The notes under the pieces were generated by a model, which was not told where the DNA came from, did not search any database, and was given only the letters and a program-made list of their open reading frames with translations. From assembly GCA_963702845.1 (NCBI GenBank), contig OY969763.1, positions 32,001-96,000 on the forward strand: a stretch of 64,000 bases of DNA, given 5' to 3'. Made by a program: the position numbers and the translations under genes. Position 1 is the stretch's first letter; each line of letters begins with the position of its first letter. Origin of the DNA: an uncultured Verrucomicrobiae bacterium. Its GTDB lineage: Bacteria; Verrucomicrobiota; Verrucomicrobiia; Limisphaerales; Palsa-1400. This document shows, piece after piece, positions 11,490-22,235 of the stretch.

Positions 11490-12491
11490 TTACTTCATGT
11501 TCATTACGTCATTGAGCGTCTGGAAGTAACCAAGATAAAACGAGACTATCTTCCACGCCACCAGCAGGGCAACGCAGCCATAGACGATTTTCGGAAAGAT
11601 TATGCCAGCCAATTTTAAATTCCTACTGCCTTCGTCGCGATACATGACGTGCAATCGGGTCAGCGCTTCGTCGAGTTGGCCGGAAACTTCGCCGGTATGG
11701 TAAAGATTGACGAAAGGCTCGGGAAAGACGCGCGAGGAGGTGACCAACTCGGCCGGGGTCGAGCCGCGTTCAAGGTCCATTCTCCAACCGGTGACGGTTC
11801 GGCGAAGGGCAGGGGAGCCGCTGGCGGTGGCGGCGAGTTCCCATCCGGAGATAATCGGCACACCAGCGTTCAAGAGCGCTTCGAGCGCGGCGGAGAGCCG
11901 AGCCAGCGCAAGTTGCCGACGGGCTGTGCCGAGGATCGGAATCGGGCTGGCAATTTTTTCAATGATCGAACGCCACTTTTCGCCATGCCGCCCCTGGCAC
12001 GCGTAAATTATGAAACCGACGACCGCGTAAATCGGTATGAGAATTCCCAAGGTTTGCAGGACGAACTTCGTCGAATTGCTGGTACGAAAAAATTCAATGA
12101 ACGGAAAAATAAACACGGCCATGTGAAACAGAAACGCCGGATAAAGCAGACCTGAAATAACGGAGCGCAAGGTCTGGGCGCGTTCGGTATAATAAAGACT
12201 CAACAACTTGAAACATTGATCGAGGCGACCGCTCTTATCACCGGCTTCGACGAGCGCGGCGTCGAACTCGGGAAATCCACCGGCTGCGGCAAAGGCTTCG
12301 GTAACGGTATGTCCTTCGCGCAGAAGTTGCGCGACGTTCGTCATGGCTTTGCGAGCGGAGTTACTGACGGGATTGCGCTCCATCATTTCCAGGACGTTGA
12401 TCATGGGAATGCCCGAACTGACCAGCATTGCAAGCTGGTGATACAGTTCGGCGCGATTGACTAATTGCCTTGGACTGACGATGAACGCCAC
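11490..12491 (-). CDS. Type II secretion / type IV pilus platform protein (GspF/PilC family)
   Basis: Two T2SSF repeats (QLAMLVSSGIP...AGDKSGRLD; LEALLNAGVP...TGEVSGQLD) and transmembrane helices. Confidence 0.85.
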   Translation of the reverse strand: MAFIVSPRQLVNRAELYHQLAMLVSSGIPMINVLEMMERNPVSNSARKAMTNVAQLLREGHTVTEAFAAAGGFPEFDAALVEAGDKSGRLDQCFKLLSLYYTERAQTLRSVISGLLYPAFLFHMAVFIFPFIEFFRTSNSTKFVLQTLGILIPIYAVVGFIIYACQGRHGEKWRSIIEKIASPIPILGTARRQLALARLSAALEALLNAGVPIISGWELAATASGSPALRRTVTGWRMDLERGSTPAELVTSSRVFPEPFVNLYHTGEVSGQLDEALTRLHVMYRDEGSRNLKLAGIIFPKIVYGCVALLVAWKIVSFYLGYFQTLNDVMNMK

Positions 12492-12702
12492 GAGAGGAGT
12501 AAACAGCCGGCTTTAGGAAGGCACAACAGCGAAGTGTTCGGGTGCGACCTAAATTGGATCGCGGAATTACGACCCAACGCACGTCGGCATAACGCAGCGT
12601 TGCATCGGGCGGGCGTTTCTCATTTTACTGCAAGCCCCTTATTGAGATAGTCAGGTTGCGGATGAGGGTTGGATGTGGTATTCTCTGGCAAAATTTACTA
12701 CA

Positions 12703-14736
12703 ATGGCTGAAGAAAATAAACGCACGGAACCGGATAAGAATAGTAAACGTAATGGCGGCAATGACTTCCGCGTGCCTTCGCGCACGGTGTTGGTCTGGGT
12801 CGGCATCATTGGCCTGATCACCGTTATCTTCATGTTCCGCAATCAAACGGAACAAAAATCGGAGAATTTCACGTATTATTCACAGCTTGAAGACAAGATG
12901 ACCAACAACCTTATCGTGCCCGGCACAGGTAAGGTCACGTTCGTGGCGCAGTCGCCGGACATGCGGCGCATCACGGGTAGATATTCCAATAAGGTCGAGA
13001 AGGACGGCAAGAAATCGGAAATGCCGTTTGCTTTGGAAACGCCGTTGACGGATGCATTGGCGACGCCGTTGCTGCGCTCGGGTGCGTTCCAGTTCGTTCA
13101 GCCAAACAGTGTCATGCTGAATATCTTTATTCAGGTGTTCCCGTTCCTGCTGATTTTGGCGGTGATTTATTTCTTCCTGATTCGGCAGATTAAATCAGCG
13201 GGCAAAGGCGCGCTGAGCTTCGGCAAGAGCCGCGCGCGGATGCTCAATAAGGACAAGAACAAGCTGACGTTCAAGGACGTCGCCGGCGTTGAGGAAGCGA
13301 AAGAAGAAGTTTCCGAACTGGTCGAGTTCTTGAAGGACCCGAAGAAGTTTCAAAAGCTCGGTGGCCGTATTCCCAAGGGCATCCTGATGGTCGGCGCGCC
13401 TGGCACGGGCAAGACGTTGCTCGCAAAAGCGATCGCTGGCGAAGCGGACGCGTCATTCTTTAGCATCAGCGGTTCGGACTTCGTGGAAATGTTCGTGGGC
13501 GTGGGCGCGAGCCGCGTGCGCGACATGTTCGAACAAGCGCGCAAGAGCACTCCTTGCTTGATTTTCATCGACGAAATCGACGCTGTCGGCCGGAGCCGTG
13601 GCCATGGTTACGGCGGTGGTAACGATGAACGCGAACAGACGTTGAACGCGTTGCTCGTTGAAATGGACGGTTTTGATACGCAGGACGGCATTATTATTAT
13701 TGCGGCGACCAATCGCCCGGACGTTCTGGATCCAGCGTTATTGCGCCCCGGCCGTTTCGATCGCCAGATCATGGTGAGCTTGCCGGATGTGCGCGGTCGT
13801 GAAGCGATTCTCAAAGTGCATGCTCGCAACGTGAAGCTTGATCCGACTGTGAATCTGGCCGTGATCGCTCGTGGCACGCCTGGTTACTCCGGCGCGGACC
13901 TCGCGAACTTGCTCAATGAAGCGGCGTTGCTCGCAGCGCGCATGAGCAAGAAGAGTATCGGCATGCTCGAACTCGAAGAAGCCCGCGTCAAAGTGCGCAT
14001 GGGCCGCGAACGTCGCAGTATGGCGATGTCCGAAGAGAACAAGAAACTTACCGCGTGGCACGAAGCCGGCCATGCCTTGGTCAACGTGATGCTCGAACAC
14101 ACGGATCCATTGCATAAAGTGACGATCATCCCGCGCGGACAGTCCCTCGGCTCGACAATGTCATTGCCGGAAGAAGACAGGCTGAACCATCACCGCAAAG
14201 CGATTTTGGATTTCGTGGCTGTTACGATGGCCGGACGTATCGCGGAAGAACTTGTGGCCGGTGATGTTTCGAGCGGAGCCGCTGGCGATATTCAACAGGC
14301 GACCAACATCGCCCGCGCGATGGTTTGCCAGTGGGGCATGAGCGACAAGCTCGGCATGGTCCAATACGGCAACGACGAACATTCGTTCATGGGCCGCGAA
14401 ATGGGTGGTCCGAAAAACTACAGTGAAGCGACCGCGCAGGAAATTGATGCCGAGGTGAAACGCATCATTCAGGAACAATACGATCGCGCGAAGCAGTTGA
14501 TCATGACGCATCGCGACAAGCTCGAGATCATCGCTCGTGCCTTGCTCGAATACGAAACTCTCGATGGCACGCAGGTCGAAGAAATCATGAAGACCGGCAC
14601 GTTCACGCCACCGCCGGAAACGCCGAAAGTCGATCCGCCGACGGGTGCGATTGCGACAACGCCGGTGCATGAAGTGCCGAAACCGCTGCCGCCGAAACTG
14701 CCTGGATTCGGTTCGCCAGCTCCCGCGGCGATTTAA
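12703..14736 (+). CDS. ftsH: ATP-dependent zinc metalloprotease FtsH
   Basis: Two TM helices, Walker [25 protein letters not shown] and HEAGH zinc motif. Confidence 0.98.
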   Translation: MAEENKRTEPDKNSKRNGGNDFRVPSRTVLVWVGIIGLITVIFMFRNQTEQKSENFTYYSQLEDKMTNNLIVPGTGKVTFVAQSPDMRRITGRYSNKVEKDGKKSEMPFALETPLTDALATPLLRSGAFQFVQPNSVMLNIFIQVFPFLLILAVIYFFLIRQIKSAGKGALSFGKSRARMLNKDKNKLTFKDVAGVEEAKEEVSELVEFLKDPKKFQKLGGRIPKGILMVGAPGTGKTLLAKAIAGEADASFFSISGSDFVEMFVGVGASRVRDMFEQARKSTPCLIFIDEIDAVGRSRGHGYGGGNDEREQTLNALLVEMDGFDTQDGIIIIAATNRPDVLDPALLRPGRFDRQIMVSLPDVRGREAILKVHARNVKLDPTVNLAVIARGTPGYSGADLANLLNEAALLAARMSKKSIGMLELEEARVKVRMGRERRSMAMSEENKKLTAWHEAGHALVNVMLEHTDPLHKVTIIPRGQSLGSTMSLPEEDRLNHHRKAILDFVAVTMAGRIAEELVAGDVSSGAAGDIQQATNIARAMVCQWGMSDKLGMVQYGNDEHSFMGREMGGPKNYSEATAQEIDAEVKRIIQEQYDRAKQLIMTHRDKLEIIARALLEYETLDGTQVEEIMKTGTFTPPPETPKVDPPTGAIATTPVHEVPKPLPPKLPGFGSPAPAAI

Positions 14737-14758
14737 TCAATAGGTAACTTTACATGCG

Positions 14759-14786
14759 AAAGGACAGTCGAAAGGCTGTCCTTTTT
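14759..14786 (+). terminator. Rho-independent terminator after ftsH
   Basis: aaaggacagtc-gaaa-ggctgtccttttt hairpin with GNRA loop and U-tract. Confidence 0.85.
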
Positions 14787-14823
14787 GCTTTCCCTGATTA
14801 AACGTCTGTTTTATTGTCGGCCC

Positions 14824-15630
14824 GTGCAGAGGCCCGTCGCAGTGATCGCAGTGGTATTAGGCGCACTCGTTCTGGCTGGTTGTTCCGACCAACTCGAAAA
14901 CGAGAACAGCGCACTAAAAGCTCAAACCCGTTCTCTTTCTGAGAGCCGCAAAGCCGACGAAACGAGGTTTTTAACTCTCTCGACCAACATCGCAACTTTG
15001 CAGGACAGGATTCGTGAATTGCAAACGAGCGATCAGGATCAAATCTCCGACCAGAAGCGAACGATTGCGTCACTCTCAGCCGAAAATATCCGCCAGAAGG
15101 AAGACATCGAGAATTTGCGGCGAGCGTTAGCTGACGAAAAAGCGTTATTCGACAAATACAGACAAGACGTCACTCTACAACTGCAAAAGCCCGGTCGCAT
15201 GAAGGTGACGGTGACCTATAAAACCGACACCGCGACCGTTCCCGACAACGGTGCCAGTGTCAGTTTACATCTCATCAAAGATACGACGGTTGTTTATCGG
15301 GCGATCGCCGGCCTGGACGGCATGGCGGTTTTGGATCGGATCAAGCCGGGGAAATATCTGTGCATCATTCATTCCGGCAACGCTCATCAGCGGATGCGTC
15401 CCGGCGGTGCTGAACTAGTGCGTCAACGCATCTGGAAGACCGATCGGACGATGCTCTCTTACTATCTGGACGACGCCCAGATTAGATTGCTCGATCACGA
15501 CCTGAGCGATTCAGATGCCTCCGGCCATTTCCTCGAAGCGCTTCTCGCCAAAACTTACGTGCGGGAAATTGACGTCGGACCGCAAGACCAGGTGCCCATC
15601 ACTTGCGACTTTGGTCAGGGCGCGTTTTAG
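14824..15630 (+). CDS. Hypothetical lipoprotein, coiled coil plus transthyretin/carboxypeptidase-regulatory-like beta-sandwich
   Basis: Lipobox LVLAGC, heptad-rich N-terminal half and GMAVLDRIKPGKY motif. Confidence 0.6.
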   Translation: MQRPVAVIAVVLGALVLAGCSDQLENENSALKAQTRSLSESRKADETRFLTLSTNIATLQDRIRELQTSDQDQISDQKRTIASLSAENIRQKEDIENLRRALADEKALFDKYRQDVTLQLQKPGRMKVTVTYKTDTATVPDNGASVSLHLIKDTTVVYRAIAGLDGMAVLDRIKPGKYLCIIHSGNAHQRMRPGGAELVRQRIWKTDRTMLSYYLDDAQIRLLDHDLSDSDASGHFLEALLAKTYVREIDVGPQDQVPITCDFGQGAF

Positions 15631-15646
15631 TTCTTCTCGAACGATC

Positions 15647-17560
15647 TTAAGGTTGAGTTGCCTGGTAGAAATACTGCGGCGAGGTTGTGGTCGAATCCGT
15701 GAACTGCAGCGTGCCCGATGGACTCGAGAAGCGGCCCAATAATGTCCAATTGAAAAAATCATCCGATCGGTAAACCGAGAAGGTGCGCCCGGGCAATCCG
15801 CGCATGTTGAGCTGTATCGTGTTTCCATTCAGAGCATCAGAGAACTCCGTCGCGCGCACCAAGGCGCCTTTGCCGCCGTTGTAAAGCGTGCTGATTTCCG
15901 TCGTGCTCAAGGCGCGATTGAAGATGATTACTTCGTCCACTGTGCCGAGTATGTAATCCAGAAGGTTGCCGGTGGAAGTCACGTAATCTGCGCCAAAATA
16001 TTTTCGCGGCAGCGGAATTGAATTCGTCAAGGAACCGACCTGCGTTCCGTTGGCATACAAAGTCGTTCCAGTGGAAGTGCCGACAAATACCAAATGCGTC
16101 CAGGTGCTTAGAGGTGTGGCATAACCGAATGTGTAATCGCCTACACCAAACACGGTCAGGCCGACCTGCCGCGTGAGATTGTATTGTTCGAGTTTCAACG
16201 AATACGCACCGTCACTCAACAGGCCTGCCGACACGCCAGATGCATTCTGTCGGTTCACCCACAGCGATAGCGTCCACGGCACGGCCAAACTGCCGGCATT
16301 GTTGGTGAGGTAAGCGTTCGAGCCATTGAATTTCCAGCCACGTCCTATTTTTCCAGTCGCGTAAGTGAAATAGCCGTTCGGGCCATAGGTATTCGTGCCG
16401 AATAAATCGGTGCAGGTTGCTTCGCACGGATACAAATCCACGAAGCCCGTCGGCATCATGTTAGCATTTACGCCATTGGTGAAAGGCGCGATGACAGAAA
16501 TGCACGCGATAGAACTGGTGGCCATGCCGAGCGAGTTGCTGACGCTGACGTAATAATTACCCGCAGCCGAAAGTTGGACGTTCGTCACGCTGAAGTTTGT
16601 CGTCGTGATGGTGGCGACGTTTACCTGGTTCGAATACCACCGGAACGTGAACGGCGCGGTGCCAAGCAAACCTAAATTGAATGTCACGTCGTCACCGGCG
16701 TTGACTGTAACACTGTCGATGTCGTTGGTTATGATAGGCCCGCCGTTTCCGCCGATCATCAGCGTTTGGAGAAGTTGGTTTGTGGTGCCGTTAAAAACAT
16801 CCGAGTCACCGCCAGACCAGTTGGTATCGGCGTATTGCCAAATGGTAAAGGTGCTCCAAGGGGAGGTTGAAGGTGCACCGGTTTGGGCATTGGGATTGCT
16901 CGGATAACCTGACATCGCATTCGGCCATTGGGTGACAGTCGAATTCAACCCGCCGTTGTATCCAGAGCCTGGCCCGCAATACCACGTGCCAGAATAAACC
17001 AGGCACTTCATCGTGATGCCTTTGGTTTTCGCGTAGTTCGAGACGTAATAGCACCATTCATTGACCCATTGCGACATCGTCGTCTGGTTCAAAACCGCCG
17101 TGGACACATTTGTGACGTATGGATCTTCCCAGTCCAGCATTGGAACCAGATATTTCCCACCGGTTTGGATATAAGGAGACGCGGTATTGAGGAAGTATTG
17201 CGCTTCAGTATCGGCACTATTCGCACCGGTAATATTCGGGTGCGCATTTGGGCGCGCAAAGTGATATAGCCCGACTGGAATGCCCTGCGCTTTGGCCCCG
17301 GCGACCTGGCTGGCCATAGTCGAGCTCACAAAACCGGTGCTCTCCGTTGCTTTAATGTAAGCGAAATACACGCCATTGGTTTTGCAGTGGACCCAATCGA
17401 TATTAGCCGGTTGGTAGGCCGAAACGTCGGTGCCGAGTGGTTTGAGCGCAAAGGCCGAACCGCAACCGGCAAGGATAACGAACAGGACCAGTGCCGCTAT
17501 ACAGTTAGATCGAGCGGAGCTTCTTAAGGAGCGCGCCGGATATTGAACAGAAGGAGTCAT
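15647..17560 (-). CDS. Secreted GH25 muramidase + Ig + LamG domain + C-terminal module (paralog 3)
   Basis: Signal peptide; GTDVSAYQ, YIKATE, GLYHFA, PMLDWE, WQY and DSDVFNG. Ig I-set segment, LamG (WTHLVFV, DEVIIFNRALS), ending QYFYQATQP. Confidence 0.9.
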   Translation of the reverse strand: MTPSVQYPARSLRSSARSNCIAALVLFVILAGCGSAFALKPLGTDVSAYQPANIDWVHCKTNGVYFAYIKATESTGFVSSTMASQVAGAKAQGIPVGLYHFARPNAHPNITGANSADTEAQYFLNTASPYIQTGGKYLVPMLDWEDPYVTNVSTAVLNQTTMSQWVNEWCYYVSNYAKTKGITMKCLVYSGTWYCGPGSGYNGGLNSTVTQWPNAMSGYPSNPNAQTGAPSTSPWSTFTIWQYADTNWSGGDSDVFNGTTNQLLQTLMIGGNGGPIITNDIDSVTVNAGDDVTFNLGLLGTAPFTFRWYSNQVNVATITTTNFSVTNVQLSAAGNYYVSVSNSLGMATSSIACISVIAPFTNGVNANMMPTGFVDLYPCEATCTDLFGTNTYGPNGYFTYATGKIGRGWKFNGSNAYLTNNAGSLAVPWTLSLWVNRQNASGVSAGLLSDGAYSLKLEQYNLTRQVGLTVFGVGDYTFGYATPLSTWTHLVFVGTSTGTTLYANGTQVGSLTNSIPLPRKYFGADYVTSTGNLLDYILGTVDEVIIFNRALSTTEISTLYNGGKGALVRATEFSDALNGNTIQLNMRGLPGRTFSVYRSDDFFNWTLLGRFSSPSGTLQFTDSTTTSPQYFYQATQP

Positions 17561-17568
17561 ACGAAAAA

Positions 17569-19434
17569 CTACGGCTGGGCCGCCTGATAGAAATATTGCG
17601 GCGTGCCAGACGCTGAGTCAAAAAATTGCAGCGTGCCGGATGGCGCTGAGAACCGGCCGAGGGATGTCCAACTGGTAAAATCGGTTGTTCGAAATACGCT
17701 AAAGGTCTTTCCAGTGATGCCGCGCATGTTCAGTGTCACGGCGTTGCCGCTGACGGTCAATGCGGTGAATTCGGGCGCGCGAATGAGCCCTGCTGCGCCG
17801 GTGCTATAAACGGCGGTGATTTCGGAGGCGCTCAATGCGCGGTTGAAAGTCATCATCTCGTCAATGGTGCCGAGCATGTAGTCCGTGATGACGCTGCCGG
17901 ATGAGACGAAGCTCACGCCCATGTACTTTCGCGGTAAAGGTTGCGAGTTGGTGAGCGAAGTTTGCAATGATCCATTGACGTAAAGCGATGTGCCTGTCGA
18001 AGTGCCGACCAAAGCGACGTGTGTCCAGATGTTCGCCGGCACGACGTAGCCGAATGTGTAATCGGCAGCGCCGAATTTCGTGATGCCCAGTTGCCGGGTC
18101 CCGTTGTATTGCTCGAGTTTGAACGAATAAGTTCCATCGCTGAGGAACGCCGCTGATGTGCCCGGTGCATTCTGTCGATTGACCCAGAACACCAGCGTCC
18201 ATGGCAGGGCAAGGCTTGCCGCACCATTGGTCAAATACGTGGAGGTGCCATCGAAATGAAAACCGAGCCCCGGCCGTCCGGTTGCATAATAAAAATTTCC
18301 GTAAGGTGTCTCGTTAGCCGTGCCGAACGAATCCGCCGTATCGGCTTGGCCATCCCACCAGTTGACCAGGCCGGTCGGCGCGAGGATCGAGCCGGGCGCG
18401 TTCGTTGGAGGCATGGAGACGGAAAGATAAGCAGACGCGCTGGTGGAGCTGCCGGTGGAATTGGAAACGATGACCGAATAGTTGCCCGCGTTTGTCGCTT
18501 GCACACTTGCGATCGAGTAAGCGCTCGTCGTCGCGCTAGCGATGTTTGTCGTGTTAAAGCGCCATTGGTATTTCAGCGAAGTTCCGGTCGAACCGACCGC
18601 AAAGGATACGTTCGTGCCGAGCGGGGCAACGATGCTGTCAGGCTGATTAGTGATTTGAGGTCCGGTGCCCCCTATTACCTGCGTCGTGCCTAGTGTGGCC
18701 GCTAATCCATTAAAAACGTCTTTGTCGATATTGGCTGAATAGCCGGTGATTCCTCCGGTCGATGAATATTGCCAAAAGTTCCACTTGTCTGTTCCCGAAC
18801 CCCAGCGTTCGCAGCCTGTGCAAGTGCTCCAGGGAGTGCCGGTTTCCGCGGCTTCACCGTTGTAATCGGCGATGTCGGAGTACCATGGGCTAATCGTCGA
18901 ATCAAAACTACAGGCGTTGCAAGCGCTGACATAAATGTTTGGTTTCAGCGTAACCGATTGCCCTGCGGCGTCTGCTACGATGGCGTTGCACCACTCATTG
19001 CACCAGGCAGTCGTGCTCGTAGAGCCTACATGCCCGCTGAACGCCGCCCCTTCGACATCTAACATTGGCATTAAGCTGAGGCCGTCGTTTTTAGTATAAG
19101 TCGCGGCGCGGCCCCAGAAATGGGCCGCTTCTGTTGCTGACGCATTGCTTTCGGGATGACAGTAATGATAGGAACCCATGTAGATGCCGACGGCTTTGCC
19201 GTGAGGCATGTGGGCCGTGTATTGGTCGTCGCTGCCGGTAGCGCCTTCGGTCGCTTTGGCCCAAGCGAATGTGATGCCGCCGCTTTTTATCGACGGCCAG
19301 TCCATATTGCCGTCGGGCTGATAAGTGGAAACGTCGATGCCCAATGGCCGCGCCGCCAGCAACACTATTTGGCTGGCGAGATAAAGCGCGAGCGCAAGCT
19401 TTCGAGTCAATCGAAGAGAAAACCTGGCGGGCAT
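17569..19434 (-). CDS. Secreted GH25 muramidase + Ig + LamG domain + C-terminal module (paralog 2)
   Basis: Start MPARFSLR. GIDVSTYQ, AKATEG, GSYHY, PMLDVE, WQYS and DKDVFNG; Ig; LamG; ends QYFYQAAQP. Confidence 0.9.
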   Translation of the reverse strand: MPARFSLRLTRKLALALYLASQIVLLAARPLGIDVSTYQPDGNMDWPSIKSGGITFAWAKATEGATGSDDQYTAHMPHGKAVGIYMGSYHYCHPESNASATEAAHFWGRAATYTKNDGLSLMPMLDVEGAAFSGHVGSTSTTAWCNEWCNAIVADAAGQSVTLKPNIYVSACNACSFDSTISPWYSDIADYNGEAAETGTPWSTCTGCERWGSGTDKWNFWQYSSTGGITGYSANIDKDVFNGLAATLGTTQVIGGTGPQITNQPDSIVAPLGTNVSFAVGSTGTSLKYQWRFNTTNIASATTSAYSIASVQATNAGNYSVIVSNSTGSSTSASAYLSVSMPPTNAPGSILAPTGLVNWWDGQADTADSFGTANETPYGNFYYATGRPGLGFHFDGTSTYLTNGAASLALPWTLVFWVNRQNAPGTSAAFLSDGTYSFKLEQYNGTRQLGITKFGAADYTFGYVVPANIWTHVALVGTSTGTSLYVNGSLQTSLTNSQPLPRKYMGVSFVSSGSVITDYMLGTIDEMMTFNRALSASEITAVYSTGAAGLIRAPEFTALTVSGNAVTLNMRGITGKTFSVFRTTDFTSWTSLGRFSAPSGTLQFFDSASGTPQYFYQAAQP

Positions 19435-19470
19435 CCGACTAAGATAGCCACATTCGTGATGCAAAAACAA
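19435..19470 (-). promoter_or_regulatory. Sigma70-like promoter, probably leaderless
   Basis: TTGTTT-18 nt-TATCTT, 6 nt before the ATG at 19434. Confidence 0.5.
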
Positions 19471-19549
19471 GTCAAACGCACGTCTTGCTGCATTAAAATT
19501 TGTTTAGAATCCGTCCGGGCGCAACGCGCTGAATCGGTGCCAAAACGCA

Positions 19550-22138
19550 CTATTTGGGCGCGCTGACCCGATAGAAAAACTGCGGGTAATTTGTGGAGGC
19601 CGAGTCGTTAAATTGCGCTGTTCCGGTATCGTTTGTCAGAACCGCGATCTGTAGCCAATCAATTAGATTGGACGAGCCCTCGACGATGTAGCCGGGACCG
19701 GGCGCGCCATTGATGGTGAATTGGAACAGGCCATCTGGCGTTACGGTTGGTGAAGAGGTTTGCATCTGCACGACGCTGAGCACGGCGTTGCTTGTGCTGT
19801 TCGTGCCAGCACTGTTAAACACCGTGCCTACGTAAGTCCCCGCGTCAGCAAATTGAACGTTCGTCAAAGTGAGCTGATCAGCGGTCGCGCCAGAAATAAT
19901 GCCGTTGTTCTTCGTCCATTGAAAAATGAGTGGCTGACTACCCGTGCAGGTGAAAGCAAAGTTGGCATTGGCACCAACGTTGGCCGTTTGAGAATGGGGC
20001 TGCGAAGTTAATGTTGGCGGCACAAGGACGGTCAGCACGACCGACGAACTGGTAACTGAGCCCGCCACGTTCGAAAGAATCACCGAATAACTACCGGCAT
20101 TAGTCGTTTGCGCATTAACAATCGTGTAACTGCTCGCGGTTGCATTCGCAATCGGAGCGTTGTTGAAACGCCATTGGAAATTCGGCGCAGGCGTTCCACT
20201 GGCGGCGACGTTGAAGGTGGTGTTACTGCTGAGCACAACAGTCTGCGACGAAGGCTGTCCTGTTATGTCCGGCGCCACCGCGGGAATTTCCACGCGCAGA
20301 TTGTCGATCAGTCCGAAACTGAGATTCGTGTTATCAGATAACGACGAAAATGGATCCCAATAACCGACAAAAATATTGCTGGCGATTATTGACGCGCTGC
20401 TGACGGAAGCGATTTTCAGACCGTCGATAAACCAATCAACTGTGCTCGCGCCTTTGTTGATGACGACGTCATGCCAGCCCAGTCCGACTGTTCCTGCGGC
20501 TAACGTTCCGGTTTGCTGCGGGTAGGTTGATTGTTGAAGGGCAGGGGCAGCCTGACTGCCGGGGAATACGTTTTGATAATATCCATCGCTGGTTTGGTTT
20601 GCTGCCGCCTGTGTTCCAGCGGTGTAGACGCCGTTCGACACAGCAAGGAATGTCGTCCCTGTATACGCGCCAAAATCACCAGTCGTTGCGGACGTGTCTG
20701 AGACGTCGCCTTCGCCATCGACAAAAAAGTAAACGCCATCCGCCGTCGAGCCATTGCCATTCCACTCCGTGCGATTGCCCAATGTTCCGACTCCCGCCGT
20801 CAGTGCCTCAGTCGATCCACCGCCGCCGCCTGTGTCAGGGCCTTGCAATGGACCATTCACGTTAATCCACATGTCGAAATGCAGACGATAATTGCCGCTG
20901 AACGCCTGGTTTTTTGGCGATACGCTTACGGCAGCAATGTTGGTTTTTGTGAGATTTGCTTCCAGGCGCAAACCTTTGGTCGTCGCGTTAACTGAGTTGG
21001 GTGCAGCCGGAATTCCAATCGTCGAGTAGTCGTAAGCAAACGTGACGCGCGTGTCAGTCGACGACTTGTTCAGTGTCCAATTGGCCGCTGAACTGACATC
21101 GAAATCATCGCTGAATACCGGTGTGTAGGACTGGTTCACGGTCAGGACGGCGTTGCTGCTCGTTGCAGTTCCTAAAGAAGTGACTGCGACAACAGTGTAT
21201 GAACCGGCGTTGGTCGACTGAATGTTTGTGAGCGTCAGAGTGCTTTTCGTTGAGCCGGAAATACTCGTTCCATTAAAGCGCCATTGGTAGGTAGCGCCGT
21301 TCGTCGTGGTCACACCTACTCGCATTATCAAAGAACTTCCGCGATCGGCATAACGACTGGACGGCTGCGAATTGATGACGCTACTGCCGATGACCAATTT
21401 CGTGATAAGCTGCGCCATCGTGCCGTTAAAAACGTCGCCGTCCGCATTTTGGGTGGCGCCGGCCAATGGCGCTGAATCGGTATTTTGCCAAAGCGTCCAT
21501 GCACCCGCTCCCCACCTCTCACAACTCGTGCAGGCCGTCCACGGCGTGCTCGTTTGCGCGTTCTGCCCGTTATAGTCGGCAATCCAGGGAATGGCCGAGG
21601 ACACCGAACTGTCGTAGTAACAAGCGTTGCAGGCGCTCACATAAACGATAGGTTTAATCAGCACTCCGTTGGCGGCGGCATTGTTGCTGATTATCGTGTT
21701 CCATTGGATTGACCAATCCGAATGGCTCGTGGCGCCGACAACGCCGTTCGTGAACCGCTCGTAATCGAGCATGGGCATCAAATAAAACCCGCCATTTTTG
21801 ATATATGAGCCGGCCACACTCCAAAAATGCGCGGCTTCATCGGCAGGCGTGTGAAGTTCCGGGTGGGCGAAATGATACGCGCCAATCAGGACGCCCGCTG
21901 CTTTGGCGTTGGCCATGTTAATGGTAAAATCAGCGTCGTTGACCGTTAGTCCCTCAGTCGCTTTGGCCCAGGCAAAGCTGATGCCGTTGGCTTTGGCAGT
22001 TGCCCAATTGATTGAGGCACCTTGATAGCTCGAAACATCGACACCAACGGGGCGCTGTGCGAACGATGCGAGGGCGGTGAACAGTAAAAAGAGGAGGGCG
22101 AGCTTTGCGGAACAACGAACAGAAAGCCGGGCGGGCAT
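19550..22138 (-). CDS. Secreted GH25 muramidase + Ig + unnamed beta-rich domain + 2 Ig + C-terminal module (paralog 1)
   Basis: Start MPARLSVR. GVDVSSYQG, FAWAKATEG, GAYHFA and PMLDYE; three Ig I-set segments; ends QFFYRVSAPK. Confidence 0.9.
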   Translation of the reverse strand: MPARLSVRCSAKLALLFLLFTALASFAQRPVGVDVSSYQGASINWATAKANGISFAWAKATEGLTVNDADFTINMANAKAAGVLIGAYHFAHPELHTPADEAAHFWSVAGSYIKNGGFYLMPMLDYERFTNGVVGATSHSDWSIQWNTIISNNAAANGVLIKPIVYVSACNACYYDSSVSSAIPWIADYNGQNAQTSTPWTACTSCERWGAGAWTLWQNTDSAPLAGATQNADGDVFNGTMAQLITKLVIGSSVINSQPSSRYADRGSSLIMRVGVTTTNGATYQWRFNGTSISGSTKSTLTLTNIQSTNAGSYTVVAVTSLGTATSSNAVLTVNQSYTPVFSDDFDVSSAANWTLNKSSTDTRVTFAYDYSTIGIPAAPNSVNATTKGLRLEANLTKTNIAAVSVSPKNQAFSGNYRLHFDMWINVNGPLQGPDTGGGGGSTEALTAGVGTLGNRTEWNGNGSTADGVYFFVDGEGDVSDTSATTGDFGAYTGTTFLAVSNGVYTAGTQAAANQTSDGYYQNVFPGSQAAPALQQSTYPQQTGTLAAGTVGLGWHDVVINKGASTVDWFIDGLKIASVSSASIIASNIFVGYWDPFSSLSDNTNLSFGLIDNLRVEIPAVAPDITGQPSSQTVVLSSNTTFNVAASGTPAPNFQWRFNNAPIANATASSYTIVNAQTTNAGSYSVILSNVAGSVTSSSVVLTVLVPPTLTSQPHSQTANVGANANFAFTCTGSQPLIFQWTKNNGIISGATADQLTLTNVQFADAGTYVGTVFNSAGTNSTSNAVLSVVQMQTSSPTVTPDGLFQFTINGAPGPGYIVEGSSNLIDWLQIAVLTNDTGTAQFNDSASTNYPQFFYRVSAPK

Positions 22139-22174
22139 CAAGTTAGACTATTCACAAATGGCACTGAAAAACAA
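22139..22174 (-). promoter_or_regulatory. Sigma70-like promoter, probably leaderless
   Basis: TTGTTT-18 nt-TAGTCT, 6 nt before the ATG at 22138. Same geometry as 19435-19470. Confidence 0.5.
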
Positions 22175-22175
22175 C

Positions 22176-22204
22176 AAAAAGCCGGTCAGATTGACCGGCT
22201 TTTG
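22176..22204 (-). terminator. Rho-independent (bidirectional-type) terminator after atpG
   Basis: aaaaagccggtca-gat-tgaccggcttttt. Confidence 0.9.
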
Positions 22205-22235
22205 GAGGTGAAACTTGATTAAAGTTTTAGATCGC

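Noticed and set aside
15647..22138. GH25 genes as prophage endolysins
   Set aside because: They have Sec signal peptides, Ig/LamG stalks and host-type C-terminal modules, with no holin, structural or integrase genes adjacent.
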